From NCBI GenBank assembly GCA_051362555.1, contig CM120641.1, positions 26,418,401 through 26,482,400 of the forward strand: a stretch of 64,000 nt of DNA, in the 5' to 3' direction. The position numbers and the translations under genes were made by a program. The stretch comes from Lingula anatina. Lineage: Eukaryota > Animalia > Brachiopoda. Numbering within the stretch: the stretch's first letter is position 1; each line of letters starts with the position of its first letter. The notes under the pieces are model-generated. The model was not told where the DNA came from. It saw nothing but the letters and a program-made list of their open reading frames with translations, and ran no database searches. Shown here one piece after another: positions 45,066-57,969 of this stretch.

Positions 45066-48000
45066 CTGGCGGAAATATAATACAAAGGATGGAGTTAAGA
45101 TATCTGATTTTCCCCAGTGTTTTTTTCCTTAATCAACAATTCAGAGAAAATGGGAAATTGCACAATTAGATTAGCTATGTAGAATTCATCAAACTGGATC
45201 CGTTCAGTTTTTGTTTTTGACAGATTCGTTAATTATTAATTTAAATTCTCATCATGGAACATGATTTCTCTCACGTAACATGACTAGTGTTCAGTGTTTT
45301 TTTTTTCTTCAGAGAACCAGTACTAAGTAACCTTTCTTGCTTTTGTCCACATGACATACATGTTAATCAAATAGATACGCACATGTTAATTAAATATGTA
45401 CACCTTGTAAGACACCCCAAAGGAAAATGGGGACAATGCTTAAACTACTTACTGGCCGAGAGATGAGGAGTTCTCTGACCTCTTCCCTGAAGTCATTAAA
45501 CCTGTCGTGGAATATTGCCAGGCACCATGTCTCACGGAAGTAGCTGAAAGGGCAGGAGACACCATTAAGCTTTAATAACCTCCTCACAGGAAAACTTTGT
45601 TTGATCTAATGACATCTTACAAAGCTGACCTAAGGGCAGCAAGTTCACAACCTGTATAAGACTGGACACTGAATAAATGATGTCACACCTAAATGGCACT
45701 ACTGCATGTGGACCCCATGTTTGACAAATAATTCAAATGGAAAATTGGTTTTCGAAAGCTGCCTACCTTTTTTTTTCAGTCTTTTGACGAGGTATCAAAA
45801 ACAAGAAGTATTTGTCTTAAAAATTATCTCTATTCTCTGTGGCAACAACAGCTCAATTAGGTATTTTAACAGCATCTAATTGTTTGTAAAATGGTCTGGG
45901 ACCCAAATTTTGTGAAGTTGACTTTACATATTTGGCTATCTCTCTCTCTCTCTCTCTTTCCCCCCCCCCCCTTCCATAAGAAAAAATCTTAATTAATTAG
46001 ATCCCATGGGATGTAAACTGGGTGTCTGGTGACATCACTTAGTCTATATCCAGTTTTGGTTTCCTTGTGTCTTCCTCCCTTGAGAATACCTAACATCAGT
46101 GACTTTTTACTTTGATGAATTGTCCTCGAATGTTTTTCTTGGAAATTGTGAATACCACTGAATAAAACTGTGAGTCACTCTACCTGTAGAAATCCTTGAT
46201 AAGACCCTCCTGGAATCTAGATATTAAGTTGTTGAGGAACCTTTCATGAAGACCGTACAGACAGATTAGATTGCTGCTGTCAAGGGGCTGAAGAAAAACA
46301 ATCACATAAGGTTATTTAGTCACCACATATGTCTACTTAGATAAAAATAAACTGCACTCGAATTTACAAATGCAACAATTCTGAAGGCGTGAATTGATTG
46401 TGTTGATAATCTTGGATATTTTTAAAGCAATAACCCCTCGATCGTAAAATGTTTAATATCATAAAACCAATTAATCTAATACCAATTAAAATGTCTGCAT
46501 AAAGACAGGTGTACATTTTATTCCATTCTAATAAAGAACTATTTCAAAAGAAGCTCATGATGTAGAACAAACATTTGCATTTTAGAATTAACTTCGAAAT
46601 GCTATTGGTCTAGATGCCCTGCTCTCTAAGGGACATTGCAATTGACAGGCAATAATTCAAAAGTACATCAATAAGATGAAGCCAAAAATAATGAAGATCA
46701 GTAGCAATGAATCTCTCACCTTCTTGGAAAGGCAGGTGATAGTTTCTGCCTTTCTATACTGGTTGAAATGAAGGCGGAAATAGTCTGGATTTCCACCTGG
46801 AGTTCCCAATATAAGCTCCCAACCCTAGAATCATAATGGCATACATATGTACTTATACTGCATTCAGTCATTCAGTTCTTTTCAAGATGGCGTAATTCGC
46901 AACTGATGGGTTTTTAGATCACTTTTTAAAATTCCATATCTACTTTTTATCAATTCGGTAGCATATTTATCAAAACTGTTTTTAAATACTACTCATGCAT
47001 GATAAATGTGTAATGAATATTCATAAGGCAATTGTTTTAATTAAAAAAAAAAAACAAACAGAAGGAACAGCTTTCACAAATCAAGTTATTTTGCTTTACG
47101 TCATACTTACATAATCTGCCTGGGATTTCTGGACTTCTAGCTGGACTTTCAGGCTGGGCTTGCCAACATGGAGGTAGTAATAGCCACCTGAGACAAGAAA
47201 TATTCAGAACTTTCTGTCGAGAAGATAATATATTTTAAAGCTCTAATTCTACTGTAATATTTAGTAGAAGACCACTAGCCAACACAGAATACAAGTAAAG
47301 TGAATGTTCTGAAATATATATTTTATATGGTTTAAATGTTCACAAACAAAGACTAATACCAGATGATTAAGTTGGTAACTAACCTTAAAAAAACTCCTGG
47401 TTTCAAAAATTTTATCAGTATACATGATATATTGGGTCCAATAAGAAAAGTTTCTGTGCAGAAGAGAAGTTTTCTAATTGGTTTGACTTGGTAAAAGTAG
47501 GTAGATAGGGTGTAAAGGCAGAATAAAAGTGGACTGGGGAGGGGGCACATGAACAGCACTTGACACGTTTCCTCCTTCAAAGTTTTTCAATGCACAGTAG
47601 TGCTACATTCAGACAAAAAGAAAAGGTCAACCATTTTTACTCATAAACCCCTTTCTATCCCACCAACCCACCTATATCCTGGATGTCCCAGTGGGGTGTA
47701 CTAACCTGGCAGCTCAGCCTCCTGTATCTTTGGCATGGTGTACATAGGGATGAGGTTGATTTCCTCTGCTGGGGGTTCGACCTCAGGCTCTAGGGTGGGG
47801 TCAAACAGACTCAGCATCGTGTTGGCAAGCTAGAATATAAGAATGGAAGAGAACTTGTTACTGTGACAGGAACTTAGAGGACATTTAGAACAGAAGATCC
47901 AAGGATCTACTGATCCATGGATCAAATATGGCGGACCCTCCATGAAAGAGGACCCGACTAATCCACTGACGATCTCCTGCCTCCACATGCGCAATCCTTG

Positions 48001-51000
48001 CAGGGATCTAGCAATCATTAAACCTCGGAGCTATGATTTAATCCATTAAATGGTGTGTGTGTGGAGAGATGCCATATTTGTAGGATCCGCCATATTTGAT
48101 CCGTGGATCAGAAGATCCTCAGATCTATTCTGAATGGCCTTTTACAGTGAGAAAAGTACATGAAGGTTAAGGAGTTGTTTAAGCATCTTAGAATTTAATT
48201 CTAAAGAAAGATGGAATAACTTTAAAATGATTTCTTTAAACCTAATCAGTAGTACATGTACATCCTATTAGAAGACTATTTCTGTTACAGTACTCTTGCA
48301 ATATGTACCCTTACAATACTTCAAACTTTTCAATTACCCTCAATGACTAGAAACTATGATAAATAGCTGTGATATGAAGAAAAAACCCATACTCTAGGTA
48401 AAATAAAATTCAGCAATATACTACAAAGCAAATGTATTTACCCATCACTTCAAAGGCCTGGTAATTTTGACTGATGATAATCTTTCATTACTTGATTACC
48501 TTATTAACCCACTTCTATCACTTAACTTGTGGTTAGTTTTTCCATTCATTCCTTTGTTTAGTTACTCCTTCCATCCTTCCTTCCTTCATTCAACATAATA
48601 AAGTTGGAACTAATTAGTCCGTTTATTTGCAGATGCTGTACTCTAGGGATAGGGCATTTGGGGCATATGTTCCTTCTCTGCCTCAGTCTCCACCTCCTCT
48701 CTACCCCCCCCCCCCACCTACATGTTAAACACATACACTTGCCCAAAAATAATGAAGAATATACTAGCTCTTGAACACAGTCAATACTCTTTTCTATGTA
48801 GAAGTACTCGAATAACTGAGAAAGTATAAATAGGCACTTAACAAGGGACACCTGATATCTCTACCACCACCAGAGTATGTAAAGATACACCTATTCTGTA
48901 TATGATGATAGGTTTGTATTGATATGTCCTGCATTTCAAACCAGTTGAGTACCATGTAAGAGTTGCTTACACCATATTGGCAATTTATTTCAGTGTGTAA
49001 AACATATGTCGATGACATGCAAAATCTCAGAAGTAAAATGTTTGCATTTCTACCCCTAATGCTAGTGTGTACACTAACACTTATATTACGGTAACCATAC
49101 ATGTATGGCAGCACTGAGTATCTAATGTAAATGGCACCAATGAGCATCTCTTGCGTATAGTACCACTGAGTACCACTAGTGTATGGCATAACTGAACACC
49201 TCTTATACATGTATGGTACCACTGAGTACCTCTTGTGTACAGTTCTACTGAGTATCTCCTGTTTATGATACCATTAGTACCACTTGCTTACAGCACCACT
49301 TATGTATGGTACCATAGCGCACCTCTTGTACATGGTACCACTAAGTACCACTGGAGTGTGGCACCACTAAACACCCCTCTACATGGTACAACCCTCTTGT
49401 TTATGGTACTACTAAACACCACTTGTGTACAGCACCACAGTACCACTTAGTACCACTTGTGTATAGCAGCACCAATGAGTATCTCATGTATATGGTACCA
49501 ATGAGCACCGCATATGTGTAGCACCACACTGTATGTATATAGTACCACTGAGTACTTCATGAGTTTGGTACCAAAATGTTTATGGTCCTACTAAGTACTT
49601 CTTGTTAATTGGACATCAGTGTCCTTCATGTGTGTGGTGCCAGTAAGAAAATCTTGTGTAAAGTATCAATAAAATAGTTGAGGGACACCTGCAGGTGAAA
49701 AAGACGCATGATCGATGTACTGGAATATTGGGTATGTCATCAATTAATGTGAGAGCATTTAATGACTAAAACAACTTATAGAGTGATCAATAACTGCCAC
49801 TTAGTGACTTAGTGACACTGTTATATGTCATCAAAGGATTACAAAGTCAAAATATAACCAGGAAATGGGAGGGTTTTCTATTAGGGTATTGGTATCCAAT
49901 AATAAGTGGAAAACAGGAAAGATGTTAATAGGAAAATGATGAAATTTCCTCTTTTTATTTGTGAAGCAGACCAATCATAACACTTGGTGTACCATCTGTG
50001 CCAAGGAATTTTTTCTACCTAATAGCATTTGATAGATAATATCTATAATTGAAAAAACTGACAGAGTGTATAAAATACATGCGTTTTTCTCCTAAATTAA
50101 TATCCTTTCACAGTATTTGTTTGTACAGCACTTGTTTTATGAAGCACGAGATAAACTGTTTTCGGCAGAATTAAAAAAAGTACAGGATATTTGTCATTAT
50201 CTATTTCAAGTTCTTGCAATAATGTGTTTTGCTCTTAATTTCAGTACATTCATTTATAACTTATATCCCTGTGGCATAAGGAGAAAAACCAGTTAATCGA
50301 CAAACTACAAACAATAACATAGAAATATGATGAACAAATAGCAAAACTATGTCTTTGACATGTTATATGGAACACATTCTGTGGTTAGAGTCATTCTGAA
50401 AAGAAAATACATGGCATGATGTAGAGGAATGTTAGTCAGGTAGATCATTTCCCTTCCCTACAGCAAGACTCAAACTTTGCCAAACTTGTTGGTTTGTCAT
50501 GCCTGGCATGTCCATGTAAAGTATGCCACATATATAAGCAGACTTACAGCCTCAGAACGTTTGATTTTTTCTACATGCATCTTTTTTTTTTCACAAACAT
50601 AACTTTGGAGCTATCAAAAATTTTTAACGTTCCTTATTTAGAACAAGCAATTCCTGCCAAAATCACATCAAAAGAAATCAAAATTAAGAGCTCATCAATA
50701 GAAAAAAAATGTCACTCCCACCACATACAACCTAATGATTATAGCCATACTGAAAATAAATGTTCATATTGCTGATGGGACAATTTGCTTGACATCTGTT
50801 AATGTCACAGCTTAATGTGATGCATTGCTTTGCAAACACACGGTCATTTCTGAGCTGTACTCTGAATCATCAATCTGACATTGAGAACTTGTAACAATAA
50901 ATTATTCCGTTTTTGTTGTGTTAAATCATTGAAAAAAATACTAGTACAATGCCATGCATTGCCTTAAGGTAATTGGTCAAACTGGACTATGACCTACGTC

Positions 51001-54000
51001 AGACAGATGTCATACTCGAAAAGTTTTGGACTTCCGAGAGGCAGTCATATACCTTGGTATGCTAGCAGTCTACAGGGTATGGCAAATATTTCCACATTTT
51101 GGTAATTTAAATAACTGAATCAAACAGTTAAAACAGCATACAGATCTCAAAGAAAAAGACATGGGAGATGAACAAAAATTTCTCTCTTTACTACATTTAT
51201 AAATCACACTGTAATGGCTATAACTTTTAGTTTAACATATGCATGGAAATATGCAAGCCATAACTTTGGAAATTAACTGTCATCCGTCTTTAACACTCAG
51301 ATAATGTCAAATTTCCCTGAAACTGACAGGCTTAATTAGCTGAGTGTCTTCTCATACCAAGTACATTATTGATGATTGGCTCTGCAAAGCAAACACGTGG
51401 CACTGATTACCTGGCAGTGTGACAGCACTTTTGACAGTCGCGATATCTCCGACGATCTACGGAACAACTCTCATAATATCCACAAATAACCGAGATGAAC
51501 GTGCAGACACATAGTTAAAGAAGAATACGCAGAGAGAGAGACTGATATCAAGGAGACTAAAAACACATTAAGAAATCTTGAAACACAGGACTATTTCAAA
51601 AGAGGTAAGTGCATCAATAAATCAGTCTATTTGACTATATTTATAAATCACGTTTAGGTTAGGTAAGATTGAATTACAGTGATTGATACAGTTGGAAAAA
51701 ATATACTTTTGTGATTTCTCTTTATCATTATCGACTGTTTGGATGGTTTGTTTGAAAACATCTATATATCTCATTTTTAATTTAAAAAAAAAAAAAAGAT
51801 GAATGTGCTTGATCTACATGAACAGCACCTTGTAAAAATTACTGTATTCAAAAGTTTATGGTAAAATGGAACATACGATTAAATGACCAATTGATATTTA
51901 AGGAATTATTAGCCAAAAAAATCAATTTTCATATAGGACAGCAGAGATTTCAATATTTACACACTGGCAGTTTTTGTGTCTTTCATTCATTTTAGTACTT
52001 CATCATGATGATGTGCTTCTACCTGGCAAGTTGAAATCTAGACAATATTTCTATAGTGTGTGTGTGTGTGTGTGTGTGCGTGTATGCATGCGTGTGTGTG
52101 TGTGTGTGCATGCAGACTGAGACACTGTGGATTTCCACCAAGAGTACATAATAACAGTGCCCAATTCTATCTCTTTAAATTTGTATTACATGTTTCAAAA
52201 TTCAAAATCATGCAGTGATTTTTTTTTTAAATAGTCTCTTGGTACTTTTTTTCTTTTATTTTACGTCCACCATTTCTTAAACCATCACATAAACTTTAAT
52301 ATAGAAAAACCACATCAATATTATCTTCATGAAACTATTTCAAAATATCTTTTAAGATTTAGAAAATTTCTTATTATCATTTGGGGGATATTACATATTA
52401 CATTTTTGCAATGATACAAAATTACTGAATAGTCATTTGATTATATTTTTACACAAAAAATAAGTAAAAGTAAAATTTTCAATTTAAATTTTGTTTGATT
52501 AAAAAAAGGATGTCTATTTTTGCAAGGACCTGTTCATTTCATTAGGAAATATATTGTCCTTGCTTGAATTGTATTCTTTTAGTGATATGAACAATTAAAG
52601 ACATAAAAAACTGATAAACATTGTTAACTGAAATCATTATGATGAATAAAACATAATTTCCTGATAAGGAGTAATCAAATTAATCCTGACTATTTGACGA
52701 TTTGACTATTATCAAATTAATCCTGACCATTACAAATGCGGATTCCAGGAAAATACATATCATTTATAAAACTTCGGCACATTTTTCTTCCCCCTAATTT
52801 CCCAAAGAAATCAAAGGAAATTTCCATAACTTTACATAATATGTATGAGTAATCCTACTGTAAGAGCAGAAACAAATACTGGTAATGGCAAAGAGCAGAC
52901 AGACAGTAAAATCAATGATAACAATAAGTGGTTAATATAGCCTATTTTACCATAACACTCCTTCAACTCATCCAACAACCTCATTACCTTTAAGCCTGTC
53001 CTCTACTGAACACACAAGAGGTCCAGACCCAATGACAGTCAACAGATAACCAATTGCTCTCCATGGAGCTTAAAATTCTAAGCTTTTTATGAATCCCTTT
53101 GTAATCTCATGGGTCGCCATCTACTGGGCCAAATGATACAAAAACTCAGCGACAACCACGATTACGATCTACCTGTACGGAAGGCCAGGTGATCCAAATG
53201 TAGGTGGTTTCAAGCATAGCTCGCACTATTCCAATGTTATCCTTTGATCTCGCTTTGCGACACCACTCCCATCGTTATTATGTCCAACAGTAATCTTGAC
53301 CAGTTTCAGAATAGAACTTTTGGTCTGAAAGTTGTCCGAAAATATATCAGCAGTAGCTCCATAAAATCAAACACTTCGGCTTGTTTTATAACAATTAAGA
53401 AAGGTATAGCTAATGTTTCAGACAAATACTCTCTTTATTTTGGTGTACTGCTTTGGAAATTACTTTTGATTTATCTTGAACTGCAGAAAACCAAATTTTT
53501 GACCCAAAATATCGAACCAATTGTCAGGCTTAAGTTTTTTGTGAAACCAGAGCCCAGAATTTGAAAATTAAAATAGACAATGGGCTCTAAGTTAGTGCTG
53601 ATGTGAACATGCCCTATGACATGTGTCATCATACATGCCACATTTCTCTCCCCTGACCTATACATAAATGGTCACTGCAGTCAATTGGTCAGTGAGTCAA
53701 CAATAAAATAAGATCAACAGGTTGACATTAGTGGTCAAAAATACAAATATATAAGCTAAGTTATTTTCATTCTATTTTTTTTTTTTTACATTGAGCAGCT
53801 TCTCTCTATTTTCAATCAAATCATGAATATCCTCTATATTTACATACTTGTAAGTGGTCAAAATGATAAGAGTTTGACATTAAAAAAAAATAATCAAAAT
53901 ATAGGCATCAACCTATTTAAACAGACTTTCAGAAGAAAACTTTATGTGACACTATCTACCACATTAGAGTGTCTGGCAAGTACAAGAAAAAATTAGTCAA

Positions 54001-57000
54001 AGCATTTTCAGGAAAATTCTCAAGGGACCATTTCAAGAAAATGAATTTTTCTTCCTAATACTGTAACAACAGCACTAAACTACAAGAGTGAATGCTGATT
54101 CTCCCTGAGAAACTGAGCCTAATCACTTTTTCTTGTTACACATTAAAACATAAAGCTTTCCTTTTTCTTTGTAATATTATGAAAATTCGGACCCATCTTT
54201 TATCAGTATGTTTTTTTTTGTTTTTTTTTGCATCTCTTTATTTCTTTTTGTTTCAAGGACTTTTTTCTTTTTCTAGGCTAAGGCCAAAATGAGGCAACAT
54301 CTACAGAAATAGAAATCAGTGTGATCTAGTACGTTAGCCAGCAGGTAGGCCTTTTGTTATTAGCACCTACCACTTACACTTTATTGTCTGGCCCAGCACT
54401 CTGGGAAATTACATATAGCTTTAGAGATTCACTGGGAGGCTGTGCAAACTAGCAAAATCACGGAAACCATTAGACTAATTGTGTGGGTTACACAGCAACA
54501 GGCACTTCTAACTGGATTTTCCTTGCTATTGTAATACAGAAGGGGGAAAAAAGGGCAGAGTTTGTCTGCAAAACCAAGATCAAGGCAACCAATCAATTAG
54601 AAATCCAAGACAATATGTTACGTGTATTGATCTTCTTGGTGTACAGTGTTGTTTAAGATAATTTAATCGTCATGAACTTATCAGTATTCTGCGTTCTTCA
54701 CATTTTGTTCTTTTTTTTTTTTTTTGCAGTGACACCGAATAGGGACATTTCCATTACATTATCACAGCAAATTAAGATCAACCTAAAGAAGCAATTTCTT
54801 ATCAATAAACAAAAGGTCATCCGCCCCTTTGATATTTTTTTTTCTTACCGTTACTTAAGGCACGGCGTACATGATTGTGTTCTCATCTAAGCACAAAGTG
54901 GATGAGGTTATGAAATCAAATCATCATTAAATAGCAATCAGAGTCCAAGTGTGAAATCTCAAACAAGGTGACATTGAACTTCATCAGCAGAAATTCCAAC
55001 CAATCAGAGCAATTCCTGGGCCTCGTAAGTGACTTCGAAAAAAAAAAAAAAAAGGAAAATCAAGGCCAATAAAACCTGACAACAAATGAGAAAGGTAATA
55101 CAGTATACTGTCTTCCTGGAAGTATGGTTCGAGCTGCGTAGTAGCGTCAAGTGGATGTAAATGACAGATGATCTTTGGTCCAACCTTATAAAAGGAAGGA
55201 CACTTCTGCTGTTAATTCAAAAGACACACAATGAGTAACAACAGCACAGAGGGTGTAGGACAAAAAGAATACACACTGTTATGGCAGATTTACCTTGCCG
55301 CAGAACTGCTAATTGCTGTGGTGGCAATTTTTGGCAACTCTCTGGTGATTTATGTAGTTTTGAAAAACAGACGTTTGAGAACTGTCACTAACTATTTCAT
55401 TACCAATCTAGCCCTGGCAGACTTGCTAGTGGGACTAATCGGGATTCCTTTTGCAATCCTGTCTGACAACAACCTCCCAAGAGACTTTTATGGCTGTCTG
55501 CTTGTTAATTCGATGCTCGTAGTTCTCACGCAAAGTTCCATCTTCAGCCTGCTCGCTATAGCCTTGGAAAGGTTTGCAGCCATCAAGAGCCCTTTCAAAT
55601 ACCAAGCTTTGTGGACTAAAAAGCTGGCTATGATCCTGAATGCATTAACGTGGATATTTTCAATACTTATTGGACTAGTGCCAGTGTTTGGCTGGAACCT
55701 GGGCCAGCCAGATAAAGATGGTTGCAGATTCACAGAAGTGATCGACATGAAATACATGGTCTATTTCAACTTTTTCATTTGTGTTCTCATACCCCTTATT
55801 ATAATGCTCCTAATCTATGGCTACATTTTTAACGTGGTTCGCAAGCAGAATCATCAGATAGCAGCTTTGGAGATCAAAGATAGCCCAGCCGATCATACCC
55901 ACAGAAGAGCCTTTAGGCGGGAACTGAAAGCAGCCAAGTCGCTGTCCGTAGTCATAGGATTATTTGCTCTCTCTTGGCTGCCTCTGCACATCCTCAACAC
56001 CCTGACTCTCCTGTGCCCGGAGAACTGTAAATATCCCTATGAACTCCTCCTCGCGGCCATAATCTTAAGTCATGCAAATTCTGCTGTAAACCCATTTATT
56101 TACGCCTATACCAACTCGCGACTCCACGGAGCTATAGCCCAAGTATTTGGATGTAAGCACACTGGCAATTATACTTCATCGGATGATATTCCTACTGTCT
56201 CCAGAAGAAGTAATGCAGGGAATCACTTTAACACAATCAGGACGCTATGAAAGAGTCTTTCTCCTTATAATGCCTATTTGTGTATTCCAGTTTATATACA
56301 TATCAACAGTGCGGCACTTGAATTATTATGTCGTTCTATGTTAAAAGTGGCTTTAGTCAGGTGAACTGATCACTGTGTTGAAAAGATCTTATCTCAATTC
56401 CTAAGAGGTACTTTATTATATATGGTCACATGTGACTGAGTAGATATCATAAAGGAAAGATGCTTATAAAAAAAAAAACACTATTATGTGTTGATCATGC
56501 ATTTCATATTTCACATAAATATACATTTATCCATGGAAAGATTACAAAAAATTACTGTGATTGCTGAAATGCTTACTCAACATAAACTGATTGACGTAAA
56601 ATATTTTTGTATTGAATGTATACTTATTGAATTGTATTGACATCTTTCACTACATTCCGCGATATTTAATGGATGTCATCTTTACTGTAAATTATCTATT
56701 TTTCAACCATAATAAAATGCCTATAACAATATCTTTATTATCAGTTACTGTTTCAATGTTTTTTTTTCTCAATTTCCTGAAGTGGTCTTTTACAAAATCA
56801 GCAAAGCACTCTCACTGATTATATGTGCCAATACTGGAGCTAGTAATTCACAAGTATTCAGTATTGAACAAAACAACAAGGAAAATTCTAGTTTCAGCCA
56901 GTAAATCTATACAACACAGACTTGTTCCTGTGATAGTCATCGCTAGGACAAAATCAATTAGAAGTATTATCAATGTACAGCATAATTTGCGGAAAAGCCA

Positions 57001-57933
57001 TTATGCTCTGGTGAGTGATCCCAGACATTATTGAATGATGTTTTTTCTCATTTATCACATACACAATGCAGTGTGTGTCCAATAGAGGCATTACACAAGA
57101 TCAAACATATTTGCTTTTATGTCTTGCCTAAAACCAATCAACAACTGAAAAAAAATCACTGGTTGCTTTTACATTTCTGTCTAATGCAGGAAACTAAACA
57201 CAACATACATACTTCCTGGAAAGATCAAGCTGTCAGAATACGGTGGCCTTTTTAATTACCGTTTCATGTTTTCCTAGTGTAAACATAATCATAGCTGAAA
57301 CTGACAACAATGTTTTTCTGAATGACCTTTATTATAAGTTTCTATAAATTACTGGGTATGTGTTTTTTTTTTCTATGTCTCTGAAAGATTTCATTGATAC
57401 AGTCACTTTATTACTATCAATTAATGAGGTTTCAGATAAATTTTACGTGTCTGTTTGAGTAAAATGTTTACGTGTAAGGGGTGCTTTAAGCTTCACCATA
57501 TACATATTAGAAAGACTGTAATATTCCACAAATATACTGAAAAACAAACACCCATTTGATGAAAAACTTAACTCCTACATTCTCAGTTTTTCGATACAAA
57601 ATGAGGTTTAGAATTTTATATAGCAAAAATAAATAATAAAGTAATAAAGGAAATAAAGTAAATAAAGGAAATTGTTGAAATTTGCATTTTAGTTCTTCGG
57701 TTTCTTTCTTTGTGTGATAGGCTCCTATTGATATCTTATTAAAAAGAAATAAATGTACATACCTGTGTCCCAACCTCCTTAGAGTTAAAGTTGGCGTGTG
57801 TCCATTGGTCAGCATGATATTTGCGCTGGAACTTGGTCAGTGTGCCGGCCCCTCTAATGGACACATCATTGGTGTGGAAAGTAGCGTCTATGACCAATTT
57901 CCCATCATAAACCAAGCAGGCATCATTGATGGC

Positions 57934-57969
<36 letters not shown>

